Assembly (NCBI GenBank): GCA_964276515.1
Contig: OZ193909.1
Location: 15,996,001-16,060,000 of the forward strand
DNA length: 64,000 nucleotides
Direction of reading: 5' to 3'
Origin: Gordius albopunctatus
Lineage: Eukaryota
The notes under the pieces are model-generated. The model worked only from the letters and a program-made list of their open reading frames with translations, searched no databases and was not told the origin of the DNA. The stretch's first letter is position 1; each line of letters opens with the position of its first letter. Shown in pieces: positions 54,965 to 64,000 of the stretch. Both the position numbers and the translations under genes were made by a program.

Positions 54965-55310
54965 TTGTGTGCATGGAGATGAGAATGATAAGATGGGTGT
55001 TAGGAGTAAGCAAAAAGGAACATAAGCGCGATGAAGAAATTTGGGTACTACATCTATTACGAGAAAGCTCCTAACAAACAGACATAGATGGTATGACCAT
55101 GCCGAGAGAAGGGACGATAGCTACATCGTAAAGAAAATCGAAAAGTTAAATTTTGCAAGAAATGAATGAGAGGAAGACCCAAGCTCACCTGGATTCATAA
55201 AATAAAGCACGATATGAGATCTATGTAAATATATAGTCAAATGGAAACGAATGCTGAATGGACTGACCACCAAGCCTAGGTGACAAACAGTCATAGGAAA
55301 AAGAGGATAA
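54965..55310 (+). mobile_element. Decayed 3' end of an RTE-like retrotransposon
   Basis: Remnants EMRMIRWVLGV, RHRWYDHAERRDDSYIVKK and RGRPKLTWI..IKHDMR are typical of the RTE C-terminus. Confidence 0.7.
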
Positions 55311-55605
55311 GGTCAGTTAATAATAGAGGTAGATATATAGAGCAACTCAATTAGATTTAAGCCATTATTTTATGTTAATGTTAACCTCCATCTTCCGGAG
55401 CATATATTTAAGTTTTTTGTGAGTATATGATAAAAGTTTCAATAATTTTTAAACCATAGTAATATTATTATTTTCAAAATTATTGGTAAGTAAGGTTCAC
55501 ATAAATTGAGAAACATTAATTGACACATTATAAGTTCGTTGATATACCATCCTGGAACAGACTATTAACATTCAAAATTAATGCATTCAACTTTTATGTA
55601 ACTGC

Positions 55606-55767
55606 CATGGGCGTACTCAGGTCTTGAATTAGCGGGGGGGGGGCAAAACGTTCAAAAGTTTATTCAGAGGGCAAAACTTAAATTTTTCAATGTTTTTGCA
55701 TTGAAATTTTTTTTCTCGTAAATTAGGGGGGGGGGCAGCCCCCCCTGCCCCCCTGGGTACGCCCATG
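55606..55767. mobile_element. 162-bp hAT-type MITE with 8-bp TSD
   Basis: TIR catgggcgtac/gtacgcccatg. TSD gtaactgc (55598-55605, 55768-55775). Internal ggggggcagcccccc hairpin. Confidence 0.9.
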
Positions 55768-57165
55768 GTAACTGCTCATAAAAATTAGAAAGCTTTGGTC
55801 TTATAAAAGTATAGTGGAATCTAATATTTAATGTCCTAACACAATAAAATAATATCTGTAACAGCTCATTACTTTTTTATAAGTTATTTTAGGATTAAAC
55901 ATTTTAAATGAAAAAAATAAATTTAAATAAATAGAGAAATAAAGACTCTGATTATTATAAAAAATGTTTAAGAGCTTTATAGTTTAAAATAGTAAGCTCA
56001 ACATTAAAATTTGTCAGAATTTGAATCTAGATGCTTATACTATCTTAAATATTGGACAAACAGTTTTTATCATTCAAATCTTCTGTTATCGGAGAAGAAT
56101 AAATCACTCGTAAGATTCATATAAATACAGCAAAAATCTAAACATTAAGCATGAAAAAAATAAAATATGATGTGGGAAATTTATTTTTTACCTTGCAAAA
56201 ACCTAACAGCTGTTTTAATAAATATTATTTCTTTTCTTAAAATAATTATGCTTTGAATTATGAGCATAATTTATTGTATTCTCTTAATTTTTTATACATT
56301 TAATTAAATATATATTAGAGTCCTAATTGTAGCAAACTCTTCGACAATTAATGGCTTCAAATTTTGCTCAACCTAATCAAATAATCTAGTGAAATACGAA
56401 GTACATTAAAAAATTATTATGGGTGTTGTATTTTGAAGAAAGAAAGAAAGAAAGACGTTGAGGTTGTTGGCCACTGTTAAGTTTGGGAGGAAAAAGGAAA
56501 GTGTGTCGACTAATTGTCTTTGTTGGCTACCGTTACGCTTATGGTTTGATTTGGGCTGTCTTGAGGGTTTTAGCTGTAGGTTCAGGAATGAGCGGTTACC
56601 GTTATATTTGCAACAACACGGTTAAATCAGGGGGGGGGGTTTGTGAAAGGATTATTATTTCTTGAATTACTATGATATTTCTACTTCCAATCGGGGAACA
56701 AACTATACTCAATACTAGGTTCGTTAACTCTTTATTTGTATTCGTATAATTATGATAGGCGAATTCAATAAATTTATTCAATCTTTATAATCGAGGTATA
56801 TCGCGGAATATCTCGGCGGGGAACAGTGTTTCTGGTATTCTCTGTACGTAAGGTTCAATTAAGGTAGGCCTTATTCAATCCCCTGTATGCGAACATTCCT
56901 AACTTTTAATAAGTGATAACTTATTAGGGTAGGCCCCCTTAACTCCTGTGGGCTCCTTTAACTCCTGTGGATACAACTATGGGGACCAAGCTAAGAGAAC
57001 ATCAAAGAGACTTTTTTTAACTATACAATAAAAGTTTGTTGTTTTTACTTTTTATAACTACATAATTAATAAGAATTATTAAGAGTTGGGTGGCCCGTCA
57101 ACTTGCCGAAAACCATCTTGCCGAATTGAATGTCGCAGTGTTAAAAAATTTCCTAAAATTATAAA

Positions 57166-60100
57166 ATGCGCCCGTACAAATAAGCATATTAATCATTTAA
57201 TTTCGGATTAAAGTTAAAATTTAGGTATTTTTTATAATAAAATTAATAATTATTATAAGAGGCACTCAATTTAGGGCCTTCTTTATGATAACGGAGAGAT
57301 GTTCGTTAATGTCCCAGGGTAAATTGGGCAAGATTGTTTTATTTGCATATAGTATCCAACTGTCAATTGGGTAAAAAATTACCGTCAAATTCAAATTTAT
57401 AGAATAGAACATAATGTTATAAATTGGCCAATTCTCATAAAATGTAAATTTTATTTTATATTATGTTGCTCATACTCTGCTAGGAAAGGAATCAAATTTC
57501 AAAGAAAGGGTAACAAAAGGTATCCTGAAAACAAAGATCCTGTTGAAGTAGTCACAACTTTTTTTTCATATATCTTAACATTTTTAAGGTATACTGCAGG
57601 ATTAAGCCAGCAACATCGGAAACTATATGTTGTAAGGTGACTGATTATAACAAAGTATTGCTTTTCCCTCCTGAAAATATAATTAATATTCGTAATGCAA
57701 ACAATAGAGAAGTAATTATATATATATATATTATGAAATAAATTGTTTTTTACATTAATATATGTCACAATTATTGTTTACTAATTCAATTGTTCAGATT
57801 TTGTTTAAAATATATGTAATTCACTTATTCCAAAATTTTAGTGTGAATACACATTTACCAAAGTCTTTGCACCTGAATCTCAACAAAAAGCCATATTTCA
57901 GGATATAGCTAAACCTTTGGTCAAGGATTTAATTGATGGGAAAAATGGTTTGAATTTGTTTAATAATTTCATCACAAAGTTCCTATTATTATATCATATT
58001 TTTTAGATATTTATCACATATTTTTTATTTTGATAAATCAAGGATTGGTCTTTGCATATGGTGTAACAGGCTCTGGTAAAACCTACACTATGAATGGTAG
58101 GGGTAATGATGTAGGAATTTTGCTAAGATGCCTAGACACCATATTTAACACACTAGACAAATACCAAAGTGATCAATATGTAAGAAAAAATTATAAATTT
58201 TATGAGAAATGCTGACCATTTTTATAGGTTTTTATACCAGATCGTAACAATGGCTTTGATATATTGTCACCTCCGGAGGCTGCTTATGAAAGAAAAAAAG
58301 CCATGTCTGCATCAAGCTTAACCAAAATTACATTTACTCCACGGAAACCTTTGTAAATTTTTTTTGTTTAACTTGGTTTAATATCAGAGTCTTAGTAATA
58401 TAAATTAACATATGTCCCTATTTAGAATATATTAATCTTCTTGTCTAAAAAATGTGTATTTTTATATGATTAGGTTTTTAAAGGAAGAGAATTTTAACAA
58501 TCGTTCACCAGATTCAACTATAATTGAAGATGTTCCCGAGGATAATTCTTATTGTGTTTTTGTGTCTTTTATTGAAATTTACAACAATTACATCTACGAC
58601 CTGCTTGAGGATGTGAGCCTCGATCAAATCAACATGAAGTAAACTTGTTTACTAAATTTTTGAAAGATTAGCAAATGTTAATGTTGCTTAAACATGCCCA
58701 AATTATTTATTTCTGTTGCCTATATTTTACCCAATGCCATCAACTAGGCTCTACCCCAAACTCAAGGCATAACTTTTTGAAGCATAATTTTACAAATTAT
58801 TTTAAAGAATGTTTGATGTGTTGCATATTTGTTACAAGTATGCACTGCAATTTAAGGGCTCACATCATGTCTGGTCCTGTCCAACTTCTTGGTTTATAAT
58901 CAAACAAGACTTTGTTGCCATTGGCCTTAAAATAAATTTTTATCAGAAAATATATAAGAACTGCTGTGTAAATTAATTCCTTTGATCCCTGTCTGAGGCC
59001 AAAACTAATTTAATGAATTTTATTTTGCCTTAATATGTCCCCTATCCTTTTGTTTGTGGGTCTTTTTTTTACAATTTTCACTTTTATGTCAAATAAAATG
59101 CATTTTTGAGGGAAATTTGTATATATTATTGTGTATTCCACGACAAGGACTCAAATATCAAAAACGTTGCGCGAGGATAGCCAGCACAATGTGTACGTAA
59201 GTGGGTGCACCGAGGTTGAAGTTAAAAGCACGGACGAGGCCATAGAAGTTCTGTACAAGGGCTTGAGGAAAAAGAGGATGGCTAGCACCGTTTTGAATGC
59301 AGAAAGTTCTAGGTCTCATTCGGTCTTTAACGTTAGACTGGTTCAAGCCCCCCTAGATCATCTGGGAGAATACGTTTTGCAGGTAATTCAAACATTTATT
59401 TATGTATTTATTTATCTTATATATAAAAATGAAACTATGTATGTGTGTATGTATGCCGCCACCAATTTTGGAAAACTACCAGACCGATTTGGCTCAAATT
59501 TTCACAGTTTATTCCTGACACTCCTGAGCATGTTTTAAGATTTTTTCGAGCCAAATCGGTCCAGTAGTTTTCCAGTTTGTTTTATACGTTTTGACGTTTA
59601 ATAGAATGTCAATCAAACGCAACCTCATCGTGTTCTTTGAAAATTTGAATATACACTTCTTTAGTAAAAGTGTATCACTTATAGTATTTTCTAAAACGTC
59701 ATGCGTGTAGGTAGTGTAGTGTGATAAATGAAGCATGTGCTGCGGAAAATGGAAACTTTTTACGTTTTGAAACATTAAATCAAAGTCATTTTTTTGCTTA
59801 TTTTTCACTTCAATTATTATTATAGGACGGTCGTGCCCCTCCTACGTGGCTAAATAAATTAAAAATCTAATTTTATCATTTTTTGTGCGTTAAATAAGGA
59901 GAAAAATGAAAATACTTTTAACAAAGTGACAATAAATGTTGATATATCTCAGTTCTTCGGACATTATTAAGTTCAGAATTAAAAGTTTTATTCAGAAACA
60001 TATAATTATAATTATGATATTGTTTCTCAATTACAAAAAATTAAAAAAAATTGCTTGAAGGGCCAGGGGGCCAACGATTTTTCCCTTGGGGGGGGGGCAT

Positions 60101-63100
60101 GGGGCCAGGTTTTCTCTCTTGGGTGGGCTTGAACCTTGGACACTCTTTAACTATTTGTTTAAAAATTATCAAACTTTATTTTTACTTCAATAACCGCTTT
60201 ATCATCATATATACCCTAAAATTCCAACGTTTGCCGGGTTCATCTAGTAATTAATAAAATTTGCCTTTAAACAAAGTAATATGTATCTTCGAAAATCTTT
60301 ATCTCTATTTATAGTTTAATTTAGGCTTAAAATCATATTTTTCTTGCATGAGAATCAGTTGCTCTATTTATCGCCTATGTCGCCTATCAAATTTTTTTTA
60401 TAAATGAGCATGTGCAACAATAAGGGCCTTTAACTATCTTGAGTGGAATGACATTATTCAATATATATACATTACTCTGCATTCGATTCACATTCAAAAA
60501 TTTTGAATTTATGCATTGTACATTTTTATGGAATTTTTTTATACAAAGAACTGTTATAATGTCTGAACAAATGTCCTTTGACCAGTCTTCTATTATATAA
60601 TTTATATAATGCAGCCATCTCGTATCTAATTCATCTAATACTCTTTGCCATTATTACCTATGTGCAATATAATATTTTTTAAATTAACAACCAGATTTTG
60701 AAAGTTATCACTATTTTTTATGATTGAACCATTTGCAGGATAAATCGAAGATATGCGTGAGTCAGTTGGCACTCGTAGATTTGGCTGGGAGCGAACGCAC
60801 CAATCGGACGCATAACATGGGAGACAGGTTGCGGGAAGCTGGTAAGATTTGATTGATATATTATATAAATAAACAATGTTGTTTATTATTGAAGAAAACA
60901 GAAATCGTGGAAAAAAATTATGGCGTTTTTAAAAAATATATTCGTTGTCGTCGCCGTAGTTCGTGATAGGACTAGACGCTTCTGTGAAAGACTTTCATTT
61001 TGTTTTCGCCGAAAGACTAGCTAATGACCGCTGCTTGGCTTTAATTTTTCTCATCCCGTCCGAGCCCAAATATCATTTTTATTTTTGTGCCCCGACAGAT
61101 TACCTTTTGGCAACTTGTCTAGCTGTTGCTTTATAACGGAAATAATTCTCTACGTGATGAATGATGAGCGTTGCTTACTTTTAATTTTTCTGACCTGAGG
61201 CCAAAGTATTTGTTTATTTTCGTTAATCTTGCCTTTTGACCCCAACCCGAGGCCAAACTACGATTTTGCCTTTAAATTTGCCGTAAACATGGCCAGAGGC
61301 CAAAATCGAATTTTATTCTAGCGGCCAACAGCTTTTTGCCATTTTGGTGCATTAGCATTAAACATACACATTTTTCTCGCAAAAATTCTCGAAGCTTCTG
61401 GTATTTTAAGTAAGCCCAACATTAATAACATGTAAATTATTTTTATGTAAAGACGTTTTACGATTGCATGCCAATAGGGAACATAAATGCCAGTTTGATG
61501 GTGCTGAGGAAGTGCATAGAAATTTTGCGAGAAAATCAGAAGGACCCCACCACGGCTAAAATTGTGCCTTACAGGGATAGCAAGTTAACGCACCTCTTCA
61601 AAAATTACTTTGACGGTGAGGGCAAAGTTCGCATGATCGTTTGCATGAATCCCGATGCTTCGGATTTTGAGGAAAATTTGGTGAGAAAAATTAAGAAATT
61701 CAATAAATGAGTAAAATTTATGGTTTTTTTTAAACTTAGCTTTGAATAGCACGACTAGGGTAATAGTGAGTCAAATAATTCAAGTTTTGCTAAATATTCA
61801 TAAGGGGGGCTGACTAGAGATTTTAGTTTTGTTAAAGAAATGTAATTTTTAAAGTCAAAAATAACATTGACCAGGAAAATATAAGAATAATTATAATTTT
61901 TTTTCCTAACCGCCATAATTTTATAAATTTGCACGGAATCGCAAATATATAGAATTTGGCAATCTGTTTTGGGAGGGGAGGGGGCAGTTTTATGAACCCG
62001 CATTTCCATTTGATTAACTTACTGTCCAACTTTTGATTAAAACTAAGCATTTACCCCGGTAAAAGGAGTCTATCTAAGACATGTATGATTGGATTCCAGA
62101 AATCTCTTATAATTTGACCATCCACATGATAGGCTTGCAATCGTACACATTATAATAACACCAAATCTCTTGCCTATTTCTCAGCATGTTATAAGATTTG
62201 CCGAACTGACCCAAGAGGTCCAAGTGAATAGACCGACGGCTTACAAAGTAGACACGGTGGGTATGCAACCTGGCCGGCGCAAGGCGAACGCTATCATGCA
62301 AGAAGCTAGTAAAGCTACGGAAAAATACGACGAAGAACGGGTCATTTGTGATGGTGAAGTCTTGTCGACACCTAGCGTCACTCCCCCACCCCTGTTTGAT
62401 TTGGGCCCAACCTTGCCCAAATTACAAGTAATATTTGCGAAGAGCTCTTTATAAAATGTAGTTAAAAAACACTCGAATATACAGGATAATTACATACGAA
62501 TTTGAACATATTCTTCTTTCTAATATTTCTAAGTGGGAATTTAGGGATCTAATGACATTTTATACTTTGCAGTGTCTAAAAACTAATAAATAAAATGGCC
62601 GGTTATGGGCCATATAGATTAATTAAAAAACACCTAAAGGTAATTGGTTAATACATCTGATCCTATCAAAATTTAAGTTGTTTCTGGCTATATTATTATT
62701 ATTTAATATTGTTCAAAAGGGTGCTTGTAATATATGCCCCTCGCTTACTAAGATATTTACTTGGATCTTTTAGTAAGTCAGAATCGAACCAGAAGATTGA
62801 TTGCACCTTGGATTTGTCCAAGTGTCTCTTGCTAATGTAGTGTAGCTAGTTAGACAACACGAGGACGTTCTTGTTTTTGTAGTTAGTCTCTTAGATTACA
62901 TTGAGTATCCACCGCTTTTTTAAATTGGTTAAAACATTACCCATTAGTTTAAAGAATTATTATTAGGTGTATAAGAGCTTTTTGAAGGACCTCAGTATTG
63001 GTGGTCTGTATTTTGGCTTGGGAGCTGCTAAAGAATCTAGCTAGATTGACTTATCGTTTAAAGGGGTGATCAACGTGGTTAAAAGTACTTAAAGGAAATA

Positions 63101-63783
63101 GGGATTTTAATGTTTAATTGAAACTAATAATGTATTTAAAAAAATTTGGGCCCCGTCTTATTCGCTAATAAAATCTAAAATGAATAATATTTGTGATAAT
63201 TTCGATTCTTAGAATTTGTAATCTGATGATTAGACGAAGTGAGGGGTATTTAATGTTTTTCTAAAATTTTGAAAAGTCAACTGCTCCCCTATTTATCTAG
63301 GTATTGCGTTGCCTTTAATAGATAATAGCTGTTTTACGTCGGTTTTTTAAAGGGGATATGTAATGCTCTGATCTGATAGTTTAGTTTCTAAAATATAAAA
63401 ATCCATTTTATTTTGTAATTTCAAACAAATTAAACTTTTACATTGGTAAACTATTTAACCACTTCCTTGGGTACGATAAATAATATCGAAAACAGACTGC
63501 ACTTTTATAGCATTACAGTGTTAAGGGTCTTCTAGAACGCAAACTTCATGCATTTTTTCATGTTTTTGGCCCTTAAAATTTTTCTATCTTTTATTGACTC
63601 TACAAAAAATTGATGTTCTAGCTTATCGACGTGGTGGACCCTACGATGTTGTTGTCGCTGGAAAATATTCTCAGTCAAAAGAGTGACAAAATGGCTTCTT
63701 TCCTAGCACTAACCCTATCCAATCTTGACGACCTCCTCAAATCTAACGGGATGAGTGGGGAAGATTTCGAAAAACTCAAAAAG
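57166..63783 (+). CDS. KIF23: Kinesin-6 KIF23/MKLP1/Pavarotti-like protein (3' part beyond window)
   Basis: Exons 57166-57173 (tentative start), 57484-57547, 57589-57711, 57842-57947, 58043-58179, 58228-58352, 58474-58638, 59148-59382, 60739-60841, 61478-61680, 62185-62427 and 63622-63783. Motifs [33 protein letters not shown] and [27 protein letters not shown], plus the long loop-6 insert of kinesin-6. Confidence 0.93.
59415..60247 (+). mobile_element. Non-autonomous Helitron in a KIF23 intron
   Basis: a|TCTTATATATAAAAATG-(tgta)n 5' end and caacgtttgccgggttcatCTAG|t 3' end. Shares both blocks with 22891-23205. Confidence 0.78.
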
Positions 63784-64000
63784 GTTTGCGCCTAAAATAT
63801 ACCTTAAATGAATGATTTTAACATAATAGAGAATTAAATTTGAGCACATAATTACTGATGTGCCAGAATTTTTGGCCAGATAACTATAGTATTTTGGGGG
63901 TAAGTCTCCTTGTTTTAAGGTTCATTTATTGGTATGTAATGATTAAATGCTGCATCCACCTTGTTTAGTGTTTACCTAGAAAATTACGTAGTTTTGTTTT

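Noticed and set aside
56430..57000. GC-richer block with a 20-bp tandem repeat (ttaactcctgtgg x2) upstream of KIF23
   Set aside because: No TIR, TSD, LTR ends or protein motif found.
62700..63350. Possible minus-strand LINE endonuclease remnant (KYRPP) in a KIF23 intron
   Set aside because: A single short motif is too weak to call.

Overview
AT-rich, intron-dense eukaryotic (invertebrate animal) genomic DNA with many 39-50 nt introns. I reconstructed six protein genes by hand from splice sites and reading phase. (1) A synaptophysin/synaptoporin-like MARVEL gene (-) with two tandem alternative terminal exons encoding TM4 plus tail. (2) NKAP (-). (3,4) A head-to-head pair of intronless LRR membrane-protein genes, a 925-aa Toll-like ectodomain protein without TIR and a ~303-aa short LRR protein. 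(5) A muscle myosin-II heavy chain gene (-). It has 3 alternative P-loop/loop-1 exons, 2 alternative switch-I exons, two GC-AG introns, and a 200-codon internal alternative first exon that splices in phase onto the rod to give a headless catchin/myorod-like protein. (6) A KIF23/MKLP1 kinesin-6 gene (+), truncated by the window end. Intergenic and large intronic regions hold hAT-type non-autonomous elements with 8-bp TSDs, non-autonomous Helitrons, and decayed CRE-like, RTE-like and Ty3/gypsy retroelements. All exon joins are predictions without transcript evidence, and the species cannot be fixed from the sequence alone.
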